Origin: an uncultured Prochlorococcus sp.
Lineage (GTDB): Bacteria; Cyanobacteriota; Cyanobacteriia; PCC-6307; Cyanobiaceae
Direction of reading: 5' to 3'
NCBI GenBank assembly: GCA_902520485.1
Contig: CABYNZ010000003.1
Location: 6,859-70,858, forward strand
Length of the DNA stretch: 64,000 nt
Below, piece after piece: positions 52,706-63,707 of the stretch. Each line of letters begins with the position of its first letter. Position 1 is the first letter of the stretch. Under the pieces are notes generated by a model, which was not told where the DNA came from, did not search any database, and saw only the letters and a program-made list of their open reading frames with translations. The translations under genes and the position numbers were made by a program.

Positions 52706-54784
52706 TTGAATAAATTATCTCAATATTTACTAATCAATGATCAAGAGAAAGTGACTCATATCAATAAAGGTAAACCATTTCCCTTAGGAAGTTCTCTAAC
52801 TTCAGAAGGGGTTAATTTTTCCCTAGTAGCCACAAATGCAGAATATGTAGAAATCTTATTGTTTGAGAAAGAGGGCTCTATTTCCCCAAAAAGTATATTG
52901 AAATTAGATCAGAATCATAATACAGGTCCCTACTGGCATGCAGAGGTAAAAAATCTAAATGAAGGTTGTATTTATGCTTTTAGAGTAAAACAAAAAAATA
53001 ATGCGATCAATAATAACTATGAAAAAAAAGTATTACTCGATCCATGTTCAAGGGGTATAACTGGGTGGGAAAGTTATAAAAGAGAAAATGCATTAAAAAC
53101 GCAAGAAAATACTAATTCTTGTCTTAAAAGCGTTGTTTGTGATAGAAAATTATTTAATTTTAAGGATTTCCCAAGACCGAAACATTCTTGGCAAGAAACA
53201 ATTATTTATGAACTCCATATCAAATCCTTCACTGAATCAACCGATAAAACTGAAAGTTGTTTCAAAAAATTTTTAAAAAAAATTCCATATCTCAAAGAGC
53301 TGGGAATTACCTCTATCGAATTACTTCCAATTTTTTGTTTTGATCCAAGTGATGCTCCAAATGGTTTAGAGAATTTTTGGGGCTATAGTCCAATTAATTG
53401 GTTTACTCCTCATTTTGAATACCTTTCGAATGAATCAGCTGAAAAAAATAGAGAGGAATTTAGAAACTTAGTAGAGGCGTGTCATAAGGCAGACATTGAA
53501 GTTATTTTAGATGTCGTATACAATCACACTTCTGAAGGAGATTACAAAGGACCTACGATATGTTGGAAAGGTATAGATGAAAACCTTTATTACTTTATTG
53601 GAAAAGATAAAAATTATCAGGACGTATCAGGTTGTGGGAATACTATTGCAGCAAACAGAGGATTAGTAAGAAAACTAATAATTGAATCATTAAAGTGTTG
53701 GGCGAGTGAATTTGGAGTAGATGGTTTTAGATTTGATTTAGGTATTGCCTTATCAAGAGGCGAAAATCTCTCGCCACTCGATAATCCTCCAATTTTTGAA
53801 GATATAGAGTGTGAACCAGAACTTGTTGATATAAAGTTTATAAGTGAGCCATGGGATTGTGGTGGTTTATATAAATTAGGTGATTTCCCATCTAAGAATA
53901 CTTTCACTTGGAATGGTCATTTTAGGGATGATTTGCGAAGATTTTGGAAGGGGGATAAAGATACAGCTTGGAATATGAGCGATAAAATCAAAGGTACTCC
54001 ATCAATTTATAAAGAAGATACTATTTTCCCAAAATCAATAAATTTTATTACTTCTCATGATGGATTCACTCTAAAAGATTTAGTAACTTTCAATAGAAAA
54101 CATAATTTTGCGAATAGAGAGCAAAACAGAGATGGTGATAACCATAACAATTCTTGGAATCATGGAATAGAGGGACCAACTACAAACTTATTAATTAATG
54201 ATTTAAGAAAAAGACAACAAAAAAATCTTATTCTTAGTTTACTTATCTCTAAAGGTGTTCCAATGATACTTATGGGTGATGAGATAGGAAGATCACAAGG
54301 CGGTAACAATAATTCATGGTGCCAAGATAATTTATTAGGCTGGATGAATTGGGAACATGGGCAACAAGATTTGGAATTATTAGAATATTTTAAATATGTT
54401 ATAAAAGTCAGAAAAAAACTAATAAACATTTTTAATCCATCATTCTTCCCTAATAATCAAACAAATGAAAATATTCCAACATATCATTGGCATGGAACAA
54501 AGTTAGATAATCCAGATTGGAGTAGTTGGTCTCACACAGTTGCTTTTAGCATTAACAAAGGCATTACTAATCCAATGGTTTGGATAGGTTTAAATGCATT
54601 TTCAAAAAGTATCGATTTCCCCTTGCCGAAATGTAAATATAATTGGTTAAAAGTTATTGACACTAGCATATCTGAGATTTTTGAACCCTTAACTATCAAT
54701 CAAAAATTTGTTTCAATAAAGAGCAGAAGCTCTTTATTAATTATTTCAGAAGAAGTATTTGGGTCGCAAAATAATTTACTCTAA
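52706..54784 (+). CDS. glgX: Glycogen debranching enzyme / isoamylase (GH13)
   Basis: NFWGY, DVVYNHT, DGFRFDL, SEPWD, FITSHDGF; start may be GTG 52751. Confidence 0.94.
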   Translation: MNKLSQYLLINDQEKVTHINKGKPFPLGSSLTSEGVNFSLVATNAEYVEILLFEKEGSISPKSILKLDQNHNTGPYWHAEVKNLNEGCIYAFRVKQKNNAINNNYEKKVLLDPCSRGITGWESYKRENALKTQENTNSCLKSVVCDRKLFNFKDFPRPKHSWQETIIYELHIKSFTESTDKTESCFKKFLKKIPYLKELGITSIELLPIFCFDPSDAPNGLENFWGYSPINWFTPHFEYLSNESAEKNREEFRNLVEACHKADIEVILDVVYNHTSEGDYKGPTICWKGIDENLYYFIGKDKNYQDVSGCGNTIAANRGLVRKLIIESLKCWASEFGVDGFRFDLGIALSRGENLSPLDNPPIFEDIECEPELVDIKFISEPWDCGGLYKLGDFPSKNTFTWNGHFRDDLRRFWKGDKDTAWNMSDKIKGTPSIYKEDTIFPKSINFITSHDGFTLKDLVTFNRKHNFANREQNRDGDNHNNSWNHGIEGPTTNLLINDLRKRQQKNLILSLLISKGVPMILMGDEIGRSQGGNNNSWCQDNLLGWMNWEHGQQDLELLEYFKYVIKVRKKLINIFNPSFFPNNQTNENIPTYHWHGTKLDNPDWSSWSHTVAFSINKGITNPMVWIGLNAFSKSIDFPLPKCKYNWLKVIDTSISEIFEPLTINQKFVSIKSRSSLLIISEEVFGSQNNLL

Positions 54785-54855
54785 AGCGGGCGGCGGGAAT
54801 CGAACCCGCATCTTCAGCTTGGAAGGCTGAGGTTTTACCACTAAACCACGCCCGC
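54785..54855 (-). tRNA. trnG: tRNA-Gly(TCC)
   Basis: Reverse complement GCGGGCGTGGTTTAGTGGTAAAACCTCAGCCTTCCAAGCTGA...GGTTCGATTCCCGCCGCCCGCT. Confidence 0.97.
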
Positions 54856-54916
54856 ATTAAGTAATAGAATTACCATTGCAATAATACATTATCAAACAAT
54901 CAACAAATCAAAAAGA

Positions 54917-56314
54917 TTGGAAAATTCACACTCGAAAAAAAATATTACTAGATCAACAACAAGATTAATGTTCTCTTATGGGCTAGGAGATGCAGGCACA
55001 GGTTTAGTCGCGACGCAATTTGGTTTTTTTCTGTTCAAATTCTTTATTTCTGCTGGTTTACCAGTAATAATTGCAGGTTCACTATTAATGTTAATCAAGA
55101 TATGGGATGCAGTAAATGACCCATTGATTGGATGGTTAAGTGATCGTACTAAATCAAGATGGGGGCCTAGAATCCCTTGGATGGTGGTAGCATCTGTTCC
55201 GCTTGGTTTCTCTTTAGCTGCGATATGGTGGACACCCACTGGCTCCGTGCTAACCAAGACTATTTACTATGCCATAATTTCTATAATTGTAATGACTGCT
55301 TATACAAGTATTAATCTTCCTTTTGCAGCTCTATCTACTGAAATTTCTGAAAAAACAGCAATAAGAACAAGACTAAACGCATCTAGATTTACTGGCTCAA
55401 TAATTGCAGGACTAACTGGTTTAATAATTGCTGGAATTGTATTGGGTTCTGAAGGATCCACAAATAATGAATATTTTTTAATGGGCAAAATAAGCGGATG
55501 TATTGCGGTTGCTGCAACATTAATTTCTTGCTGGGGATTGGCTCCATTCGCCAAAAAAGCAAGAAGGCCTTCAGGAAAAATTGAAGCTATAACACTTCAA
55601 TTCAAAAGGATCTTCAGAAATAAAAAATTTCTAAAAGTTATTTCGCTTTATATACTTCTCTGGTGCGCCTTACAATTGATGCAAACAGTAGCGTTAATCT
55701 ATGTGGAGGATGTACTTAATGTACCATCATATATTGCTAAGTGGATCCCAATACCTTTCCAAATTAGCGCTTTAGTGGGTTTACAAATATGGGCCAGAGT
55801 ATCAAATAAATTAAACAGGATTTCAGCTTTAAACTATGGAGCGATTATGTGGATTATTTCATGTACTGCAGCTTTATTTTTACCTTCATTATCAAAAATT
55901 TCAGGAGTTGGAGATAGTTTATTCCTAAATGCCGGCAACATATTTATCTTTATTCTTTTAATTTTCATAATCTGTCTTATCGGAATTGGAGCTTCAACCG
56001 CTTTTCTTATCCCTTGGTCACTACTTCCTGATGCAATAGACGAAGACCCAGAGAAACCGGCAGGATTATATACTGCTTGGATGGTACTTATTCAGAAGAT
56101 TGGTATCGCGTTTAGTGTTCAATTATTAGGATTTTTATTGTATTTATCAGGCTATCAATCATGCTTTGTTGATAAAGATGGTCTAAATATTATTGAACAA
56201 TGCTACTCAGCACAATTAACTATTAGATTATGTATTGGTCTTATACCCTCAATACTGGTAATAATTGGTCTTTTAATCATGAGAAAATGGGATCGAAAAT
56301 TAATAACAAACTAA
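54917..56314 (+). CDS. GPH (MelB-like) family MFS transporter
   Basis: YGLGD.G, WDAVNDPLIGWLSDRTKSRWG.R.PW, LPDAID; about 12 TM; start possibly ATG 54968. Confidence 0.9.
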   Translation: MENSHSKKNITRSTTRLMFSYGLGDAGTGLVATQFGFFLFKFFISAGLPVIIAGSLLMLIKIWDAVNDPLIGWLSDRTKSRWGPRIPWMVVASVPLGFSLAAIWWTPTGSVLTKTIYYAIISIIVMTAYTSINLPFAALSTEISEKTAIRTRLNASRFTGSIIAGLTGLIIAGIVLGSEGSTNNEYFLMGKISGCIAVAATLISCWGLAPFAKKARRPSGKIEAITLQFKRIFRNKKFLKVISLYILLWCALQLMQTVALIYVEDVLNVPSYIAKWIPIPFQISALVGLQIWARVSNKLNRISALNYGAIMWIISCTAALFLPSLSKISGVGDSLFLNAGNIFIFILLIFIICLIGIGASTAFLIPWSLLPDAIDEDPEKPAGLYTAWMVLIQKIGIAFSVQLLGFLLYLSGYQSCFVDKDGLNIIEQCYSAQLTIRLCIGLIPSILVIIGLLIMRKWDRKLITN

Positions 56315-56323
56315 TATAAAGAT

Positions 56324-57079
56324 ATGTATTACCTTAATTTTTTAAAAAGACTTCTCAGCAGTTTAATCATTGGCGGGCAAGCAATTAATTTTATCTTTAA
56401 GGGTAAAATTTCCAAAAATGATCTCTTTGACCAACTTATGGAGTCAGGTCCTGGCAGTTTATTAATTGTATTAATTACAGGAATTGCCGCAGGTACAGTT
56501 TTTAATATTCAAGTTGCATCACAACTTACAAGTATGGGGGTTTCAAGTGAAATTGGAGGTTTATTAGCAGTAGGCATGGCGAGAGAAATGGCTCCTCTTC
56601 TAACTGCTACTTTAATGACTGGGAAAGTTGCCACGGCCTATGCTGCTCAACTGGGAACTATGAAAGTCACAGAACAAATTGAGGCAATAACAATGTTAAG
56701 GACTGAACCAGTCCAATATTTGGTAGTCCCAAGGTTACTATCGATGGTAATAATGTCTCCAATACAGTGTCTTTTATTTTTATCTGTAGCTTTATGGAGT
56801 GGACAAATTTGGAGCACAATTTTTTATAAAGTTCCTCCAATAGTTTTTTGGACATCTGTAAGATCAGGTAATGTGAGTTTAACCAGTACAGACTTAACTT
56901 CAATGTTAATAAAATCTGTAGTGTTCGGATTACTTATTTCAATCATTGCTTGTGGGTATGGACTCACGACTAAAGGAGGTCCAAAAGAAGTTGGAACAAG
57001 TACAACAGGTGCAGTTGTAATGACACTCGTTACTGTATCTTTAATGGATGTATTACTAACGCAAATTTTATTTGGATGA
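56324..57079 (+). CDS. mlaE: MlaE/Ycf63 (TGD1-like) lipid ABC transporter permease
   Basis: REMAPLLTA, AAQLGTMKVTEQIEA, YLVVPR, GG..EVG.STT.AVV. Confidence 0.92.
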   Translation: MYYLNFLKRLLSSLIIGGQAINFIFKGKISKNDLFDQLMESGPGSLLIVLITGIAAGTVFNIQVASQLTSMGVSSEIGGLLAVGMAREMAPLLTATLMTGKVATAYAAQLGTMKVTEQIEAITMLRTEPVQYLVVPRLLSMVIMSPIQCLLFLSVALWSGQIWSTIFYKVPPIVFWTSVRSGNVSLTSTDLTSMLIKSVVFGLLISIIACGYGLTTKGGPKEVGTSTTGAVVMTLVTVSLMDVLLTQILFG

Positions 57080-57488
57080 TTCTATGTTTAATACTAAATC
57101 AAAAAAAGATGAACCAGTAATAATTTCTCCTTCATTCCAGTTGCCAATCATTCTAATAGTTTTAAGTTTTATGCTTTTGTTTTTGAATATTGGTTCTTTG
57201 CCAACAATAGTTTTTGCTTCTTTTAGCTTTTTTTTATTACTTCAGTCATTCACCTTAAGAATAAAAATAACAAATGATGATTTTATCGTTTTACAATTAG
57301 GGAAAGAGATTAGAACTTTTCCATTCAAGAACTGGATATCATGGAAATTCTTTTTCCCTATGATCCCAGGTATTTTTTATTTTAGAGAAAAGTCTAGTCC
57401 TCATTTATTACCAATTTTATTTAATCCTAAGCAATTGAAAGATGAGCTCATAAAAAAAGTTGACTCCCTAGAAATTAAAAATTCTTAA
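57072..57488 (+). CDS. DUF3119-like membrane protein
   Basis: Two TMs, then TLRI...FP..NW..W..F...FYFRE..S.H.LPILF. Confidence 0.75.
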   Translation: MDDSMFNTKSKKDEPVIISPSFQLPIILIVLSFMLLFLNIGSLPTIVFASFSFFLLLQSFTLRIKITNDDFIVLQLGKEIRTFPFKNWISWKFFFPMIPGIFYFREKSSPHLLPILFNPKQLKDELIKKVDSLEIKNS

Positions 57489-57523
57489 AATTCAGACTTT
57501 GCCTAATCATCAAAATTATTTAA

Positions 57524-58534
57524 ATGACCAATACAGAAATTTCCGACAATAATCCTGAAAAGGAATTAATAATAGACAAGTCAATTTCAGATGATAAAAC
57601 CAAACAAATTAGTAAGAAAAATATCACGCAAAATAAAAAAATTACACCAAAAAACGAAAAATCAACTAAATCTTTTGATGAAATTTCTAATGAAATTTTT
57701 AGAGATCTCGTTTCAAAAAAAGACTCTTTAGTTAGAGAAATCAAAGAGTTAGAAACAAAAAAAAATGAAATAGAAAAAGATATTGAGTCAAATTTTAAAG
57801 GACAGTCAGATAATATTGCTAAAAGAGTTAAAGGCTTTCAAGAGTACTTAACTGGAGCTTTACAGAATCTTTCACAAAACGTAGAGAAACTTGAATTAGT
57901 TTCTCAACCAATAGTCGTAAAGCCTTCCCCCCTTGATGAGAAAAAGCAAAATAATAGCTCAAATAATGTAGTTAATGTTCCTGCTCTTTCTGAAACATTC
58001 AAGCCAGATGAAGAGATTATAAAAAGTTGCTTTTCAAGTTTTACAGAACAACCTGACTTTTATGCAGAACCTTGGAAATTAAGACGCAGTCTTGATTCAT
58101 CAGATATAGAAATTATGGATGATTGGTTCTTTAATATGGGCGGGAGAGGTTCTCTTGAAAGTAGAGGTTCTCGACAAAAAAATGCCTTGTTATCAGCGGG
58201 GTTTATATCTATTCTTGGCGAATTATATGGAGATCAGTTTCAGACTCTTATTTTAGCTTCGCAGCCTGAACGATTAGGTGAATGGAGAAGAATTCTTCAA
58301 GATTCACTTGGTCTCACGAGGGATGACTTTGGACCTAATAGTGGGATTGTTCTTTTTGAAAGGCCTGAAGGTGTCATAGAGAGAGCTGATAGACTAGAAG
58401 CGAATGAAGAATTGCCATTTATAATCATTGATGCAGCAGAAACCTCTGTTGAAATTCCAATACTTCAATTCCCATTATGGGTTGCATTTGCTGGTTCAGA
58501 TAATGAAATTTACGATGATCTTGAACTAAACTAA
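57524..58534 (+). CDS. DUF3086-like coiled-coil protein
   Basis: Coiled coil, [29 protein letters not shown]. Confidence 0.78.
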   Translation: MTNTEISDNNPEKELIIDKSISDDKTKQISKKNITQNKKITPKNEKSTKSFDEISNEIFRDLVSKKDSLVREIKELETKKNEIEKDIESNFKGQSDNIAKRVKGFQEYLTGALQNLSQNVEKLELVSQPIVVKPSPLDEKKQNNSSNNVVNVPALSETFKPDEEIIKSCFSSFTEQPDFYAEPWKLRRSLDSSDIEIMDDWFFNMGGRGSLESRGSRQKNALLSAGFISILGELYGDQFQTLILASQPERLGEWRRILQDSLGLTRDDFGPNSGIVLFERPEGVIERADRLEANEELPFIIIDAAETSVEIPILQFPLWVAFAGSDNEIYDDLELN

Positions 58535-58539
58535 GCTTT

Positions 58540-59133
58540 ATGAATATCTTAATAATTTTTGCAAGTTATCTTTTAGGATCACTTCCAACAGGTTTTTTAA
58601 TTGGAAAATATCTCAAAAATATAGATCTAAGAACTATAGGCTCTGGATCTACAGGTGCCACAAATGTCTTAAGAAATGTTGGGAAATGGCCAGCACTTTT
58701 TGTATTTATCATTGACGTTGGGAAAGGCCTTATTGCAGTAAAAATTGCTCAATATTACACAGATCAAGGATTAATAGAAGTTATAGCAGGGATATCCGCT
58801 ATCTCAGGACATATTTGGCCAATATGGCTTAAAGGTAAAGGAGGGAAAGCTGTTGCAACTGGATTAGGTATGTTTTTAGCTCTTTCTTGGAAAGTTGGAC
58901 TAGCATCTCTTGGTATTTTTTTAATAGTCCTAACAAAAACTAAATTTGTTTCTTTATCCAGTATTTCAGCTGCAATATTACTTCCTATTTTTATGTTTTT
59001 TTACCTAGGTAAATTTATACACTCATATTTTTTTATAAGTTTAATTGTCGCATTATTAGTAATCTGGAAACACAGAACAAACATAACAAGATTAATTAAG
59101 GGAGAAGAATCCAAAATTAATCAGAATCAATAG
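58540..59133 (+). CDS. plsY: Glycerol-3-phosphate acyltransferase PlsY
   Basis: [31 protein letters not shown]. Confidence 0.96.
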   Translation: MNILIIFASYLLGSLPTGFLIGKYLKNIDLRTIGSGSTGATNVLRNVGKWPALFVFIIDVGKGLIAVKIAQYYTDQGLIEVIAGISAISGHIWPIWLKGKGGKAVATGLGMFLALSWKVGLASLGIFLIVLTKTKFVSLSSISAAILLPIFMFFYLGKFIHSYFFISLIVALLVIWKHRTNITRLIKGEESKINQNQ

Positions 59134-59848
59134 ATTTAAATATTTCTATTAGAGCTTTATTGGGATCTATAGCTTTTGATATTGATCTACCAATGACTAA
59201 CTTAGAAGCACCATTATATAAAGCTTCATGGGGAGTCATAATTCTATTTTGATCATCTTTACTCTCAATATTTAATCTGATGCCTGGTGTGATAAGTTCA
59301 AAATCATTCTTATAAATAGATCTCAACATTTTTACCTCCCAAGGGGAACAAACACATCCATCTAATCCAGCATCAAAAGACAATTTTGCAAGTCTCAATA
59401 CATTTTCTTCAATTGAATTATTTCTATTAAGATCAGTTTGAAAATCTTTAAGAGAAAAACTTGTTAAAACAGTTATTCCTACAACAAATGGAGGTCTAAC
59501 ACTTACTGAAGTGGCTCCCTCTAAAGATGCTTGCTTTGAATCCTTAAGGGCCTTTAGACCTGCTGAAGCATGAATAGAAATTATATCAACCCCTAATTTT
59601 GAAACTTGGAAACATGCTGCACGCATGGTATTTGGAATATCATGAAATTTTAAGTCTAAAAAAATTTTTTTATTTAAACCTTTTAATATTTCGATAACCC
59701 TTGGACCTTCCCTAACAAAAAGCTCTAAACCAACTTTCACCCACTTAATATGGGGACATTTTTCCAGAAGTAATTTTGCTTGAATTATATCTAATCCATC
59801 AATTGCCAATATTATTTTATCTTCTGAATTAAATCTTTTATTCATCAA
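59117..59848 (-). CDS. pyrF: Orotidine-5'-phosphate decarboxylase
   Basis: [28 protein letters not shown]. Confidence 0.97.
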   Translation of the reverse strand: MMNKRFNSEDKIILAIDGLDIIQAKLLLEKCPHIKWVKVGLELFVREGPRVIEILKGLNKKIFLDLKFHDIPNTMRAACFQVSKLGVDIISIHASAGLKALKDSKQASLEGATSVSVRPPFVVGITVLTSFSLKDFQTDLNRNNSIEENVLRLAKLSFDAGLDGCVCSPWEVKMLRSIYKNDFELITPGIRLNIESKDDQNRIMTPHEALYNGASKLVIGRSISKAIDPNKALIEIFKSIDSD

Positions 59849-59851
59849 TTT

Positions 59852-61090
59852 TCAGTTTTCAAACCTCTTAATTATTTTTTTTCCAATTTGCAAAATTTTC
59901 CCTTCCAAATCATTTTTTGAATTAAAAACCAAATCAGGATTTATTACTTTCTGGCTATCAATTTTTACACCCCCACCTTTAATAGATCTTTTGGATTCGC
60001 TGCTAGATTTAAAAAGTTTTAGAGAACTTAACAAGTAAAAAAACTTTACTGGAAAAACTACTTCTTTTAAAGAAATCTCTGGAATTTGTCCAACTTTTTC
60101 TTTGCTTCCCAGGAATAATTTTTCGCAGTTTGATTGCGCATTTAATGCTTCTTCAGCCCCATGGAATAAAGTAGTAACCTCTAAAGCCATTCTTCTCTGT
60201 AATTCACGAGGATTTGAGTTTTCAAGAAAACTTAAATCTAATTCAGTAAGTAATTCAAAATAGGTAGGTATTATATTATCAGGTACTTTTTCTAATTTTG
60301 AATACATTGAAAGAGGATCTTCAGTTAAACCGACGGTGTTAAATTCAGATTTACTCATCTTCTTAACTCCATCTAAACCTGTCAAAATTGGCAACAGAAC
60401 ACCAAATTGAGGTTCTTGTTTAAAATGCCTTTGAAGATCTCTTCCTATTGCAATATTAAATTTCTGATCTGTACCTCCAAGCTCAATATCTGATTGAACA
60501 ACTACCGAATCGTAACCTTGTAAAAGTGGATATAAGAATTCATGCAAAGCAATTGGAACTTGTGTAATATACCTTCTATTAAATTCCTCCTTAGCTAGCA
60601 TTTGACTAACTGTTGAACTCCCCATTAATTCAATTATCGAATTCAGATTTAATTCTTTTAACCACTCACTGTTATATCTAATTTCTATTCTATCTTTTGA
60701 ATCAAAATCTAAAATAGATTCATTAGCTGGCTTACCCATTCCTAGTTGGCTTAAGTATGTTTTAGCATTGTCCTTAACTTGTTTTTCCGATAACTGCACT
60801 CTTGTTTTGTTTTTTCCAGTTGGGTCTCCAATTTGAGCAGTAAAATCCCCAATAATTAAAACTGCAATATGTCCATTATCCTGGAATGCCCTAAGTTTTT
60901 TAAACAATATGCTATGCCCAAGATGAATATCTGTTCCAGTTGGATCGATTCCGAGTTTAACCCTTAATTTTTTATTATTTTTTTTCGCATGATCAATTAT
61001 CTCGGAAAAAGTTTGATCTGTTCCCTTAATTGGAAAATATTCCTCTATTCCTCTTGATAGCCATGATGGCAATATTAAATTATCTGACAT
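59852..61090 (-). CDS. tyrS: Tyrosine--tRNA ligase
   Basis: [29 protein letters not shown]-terminal S4 domain. Confidence 0.98.
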   Translation of the reverse strand: MSDNLILPSWLSRGIEEYFPIKGTDQTFSEIIDHAKKNNKKLRVKLGIDPTGTDIHLGHSILFKKLRAFQDNGHIAVLIIGDFTAQIGDPTGKNKTRVQLSEKQVKDNAKTYLSQLGMGKPANESILDFDSKDRIEIRYNSEWLKELNLNSIIELMGSSTVSQMLAKEEFNRRYITQVPIALHEFLYPLLQGYDSVVVQSDIELGGTDQKFNIAIGRDLQRHFKQEPQFGVLLPILTGLDGVKKMSKSEFNTVGLTEDPLSMYSKLEKVPDNIIPTYFELLTELDLSFLENSNPRELQRRMALEVTTLFHGAEEALNAQSNCEKLFLGSKEKVGQIPEISLKEVVFPVKFFYLLSSLKLFKSSSESKRSIKGGGVKIDSQKVINPDLVFNSKNDLEGKILQIGKKIIKRFEN

Positions 61091-61109
61091 AAAGTTTTAA
61101 CCGTTAAAT

Positions 61110-61433
61110 TTAAGATGTTTTATCAAGTTCATCCTTCATTCTTATTAAGGTTTTATTCATCTGATCAAACATTTGATCAGGAGTAATCCCAAATTGACTT
61201 AACTGTGTCTTAAGTTGTTCTACTGTCATTTTTGCTTGAAAATCTTCAGACAATTCAAATCTCTTCATAAAAACCTTGTAACGATCCATAAGAGATTCCA
61301 TTTTTTTTATAAACATTTTTTTTCCTTCTCTATCAAATTTTCCATAATCAGAACCAAGTTTCATAAGTTCTTGGTAATCAGTAAAAAGCTTTTTAGCTTC
61401 TTCTTGAACGATGTCTGACTCAAAAAATCCCAT
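61110..61433 (-). CDS. DUF1825-like conserved cyanobacterial protein
   Basis: FFESDIVQEEAK...YGKFDREGK...RFELSEDF. Confidence 0.8.
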   Translation of the reverse strand: MGFFESDIVQEEAKKLFTDYQELMKLGSDYGKFDREGKKMFIKKMESLMDRYKVFMKRFELSEDFQAKMTVEQLKTQLSQFGITPDQMFDQMNKTLIRMKDELDKTS

Positions 61434-61586
61434 TTCTATTTTTTTTTACTTCGCAAGATTAAGGCTCAACTACAAGATAACAAGAATCTTTTAAATTGAT
61501 TAGAACATTAATAAATTTTAGTTTATAAATAATTCTTTGATTTATATTTTTTCAGAATTAAATTTAGTAGACATGTTTCATAAATA

Positions 61587-62198
61587 TTGGAAAAATTCAA
61601 CGTAAATAATATACCAAACCAAAATAGGCAATTTGAATTATTTGGTTCAAATGTAAATACATCAATTAATTTTCAACACTCAAATAATCTAAAAATCAAA
61701 GGCGAAGTACTAACTGAATGGAGAAATAAAATCCATAATCACCAATTCAAAATTTCAAAAGATACTCATAATAAAACTTTGCTCCAAACAAGTCTTCCTA
61801 TAAATATAACTTCCAATGAAAGAAAAATTGATCCGTTTTCCCTGCAGCCATTATCATTGAACTTTTGGAGAACCAATCAATATATACATAATGGTCCAGC
61901 AATGTATTTTGTAATTGACTCATTAAATAGTTCTAAAATAATACTTTATATAGGAGAAACAAATTCAGCAAATAAAAGATGGAAAGGAGAACATGACTGT
62001 AAAAATTACCTCATGAACTATAAAGAAGCCCTAGCTCATAACAACCTCTCAAGTCACCAAGATATTCGTTTCTTATTAGATGTACCTAAAGAAGTAAAAT
62101 TAAGACGTAAATTAGAACAGCAACTGATATATTTATGGTTACCACCTTTTAATAAAGAAACTCGAGATAGGTGGGCGACTACTTTCACAAACAACTAA
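61587..62198 (+). CDS. GIY-YIG superfamily nuclease-like protein
   Basis: AMYFVID...ILYIGET...KRW.GEHDCK and LE..LI...PPFN. Confidence 0.75.
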   Translation: MEKFNVNNIPNQNRQFELFGSNVNTSINFQHSNNLKIKGEVLTEWRNKIHNHQFKISKDTHNKTLLQTSLPINITSNERKIDPFSLQPLSLNFWRTNQYIHNGPAMYFVIDSLNSSKIILYIGETNSANKRWKGEHDCKNYLMNYKEALAHNNLSSHQDIRFLLDVPKEVKLRRKLEQQLIYLWLPPFNKETRDRWATTFTNN

Positions 62199-62221
62199 AA
62201 GTCAATTAAATCCCTTTTCAA

Positions 62222-63694
62222 ATGCAATTTTCCACATTCCAAAAAAACCTAGATAAATGGCAAGGTAATACATTAATTTTTGGAGTTTTCGAGGAAGAAA
62301 TTGCAAGCCAACTTGAAAACATAAAATTTGTTATTGACCCAAAATTATTACTAAAAAGAGTTACTCAAAAAAAATTCAAAGGAGAAAAAGGAAAAACATT
62401 AAGTTTTGAGTTTTTAGATCAAAAATTAGAAACTTTAATCATAGTTGGTCTTGGCAAATCTAAAGCCTTAATTAAAAATGATATAGAAAGCTCCATAGGA
62501 AATTTAATCAGGAAAACTGTTGATAAAAATGAAAAAATCAGCATCTTGCTACCTTGGGAATTAATAAATTCACAACTCAAAATAAATCAATTAGCACAGT
62601 CAATCAGATTATCTGCTTATAAAGACAATAGATTCAATAAGAAAAAAGATGAAAAGAATGTTCTTAAAGAAATAGAGTTTTTAAACTTAAAAAAATTTGA
62701 GAATATCAGCTTTGAAGAGACAGAAAAAATATGTGAAGGTGTTGAACTAGCTAGAAGACTTGTAGCCGCTCCTCCAAATAGTCTTACACCCAAGGAAATG
62801 TCTATGCAAGCTTCTCAAATAGCTAAAGATCATGGTTTAGAAATAAAAATTTTAGAAGCAAAAGAATGCGAAAATTTAGGAATGGGTGCATATTTAGCTG
62901 TAGCAAAAGGTTCTGATCTAGATCCTAAATTTATTCACCTTACTTTGAAGTCAGAGGGTCCTATAAAAGAAAAGATTGCGCTTGTTGGAAAGGGTTTAAC
63001 CTTTGATTCTGGAGGATACAACCTGAAAGTAGGAGCCTCTCAAATTGAAATGATGAAATATGATATGGGCGGAAGCGCTGCAGTTTTAGGTGCAGCAAAA
63101 GCACTTGGAGCAATAAAACCAAAGGGACTAGAAATTCATTTTATTGTGGCAGCTTGCGAAAACATGATAAATGGATCTGCAGTACATCCTGGAGATGTAG
63201 TTAGGGCATCCAATGGTAAGACAATTGAAATAAATAATACTGATGCAGAGGGTAGACTCACATTAGCTGATGCTTTAACTTACGCATCCAATTTAAAACC
63301 GGATTCAATAATAGATCTTGCCACTTTAACAGGAGCTATTGTCGTTGCATTAGGGAATGATGTAGCTGGATTCTGGAGCAATAATAATGATCTAGCAAAT
63401 GATCTTAAAAATGCATCAGCCCAGGCTGGAGAAGAATTATGGCAAATGCCTTTACAAAAATCTTATAAAGAAGGGTTAAAGTCTCATATAGCTGATATGA
63501 AAAATACAGGTCCTAGAGCAGGTGGATCAATAACTGCCGCTTTGTTCTTAGAGGAATTCTTTGATACAGAAATTAAATGGGCTCATATCGATATAGCTGG
63601 AACTTGTTGGACTGATAAGAATAAAGGGATTAATCCATCGGGTGCAACAGGTTTTGGAGTTAAAACTCTTGTTCAATGGATTAAAAATAAATAA
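62222..63694 (+). CDS. pepA: Leucyl aminopeptidase (M17)
   Basis: [33 protein letters not shown]. Confidence 0.97.
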   Translation: MQFSTFQKNLDKWQGNTLIFGVFEEEIASQLENIKFVIDPKLLLKRVTQKKFKGEKGKTLSFEFLDQKLETLIIVGLGKSKALIKNDIESSIGNLIRKTVDKNEKISILLPWELINSQLKINQLAQSIRLSAYKDNRFNKKKDEKNVLKEIEFLNLKKFENISFEETEKICEGVELARRLVAAPPNSLTPKEMSMQASQIAKDHGLEIKILEAKECENLGMGAYLAVAKGSDLDPKFIHLTLKSEGPIKEKIALVGKGLTFDSGGYNLKVGASQIEMMKYDMGGSAAVLGAAKALGAIKPKGLEIHFIVAACENMINGSAVHPGDVVRASNGKTIEINNTDAEGRLTLADALTYASNLKPDSIIDLATLTGAIVVALGNDVAGFWSNNNDLANDLKNASAQAGEELWQMPLQKSYKEGLKSHIADMKNTGPRAGGSITAALFLEEFFDTEIKWAHIDIAGTCWTDKNKGINPSGATGFGVKTLVQWIKNK

Positions 63695-63707
63695 CTACAT
63701 TTAAATA

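Noticed and set aside
33173-54855. tRNA-anchored genomic island or prophage
   Set aside because: No integrase, no duplicated tRNA 3' ends and no compositional shift beside any of the three tRNAs
1185-61418. Numerous 60-120-aa ORFs opposite or inside real genes (e.g. 1185, 10546, 26000, 37555, 40768, 42930, 46522, 53617)
   Set aside because: Fully nested in well-supported genes, with the Ser/Ile/Phe/Pro-rich composition typical of antisense shadows
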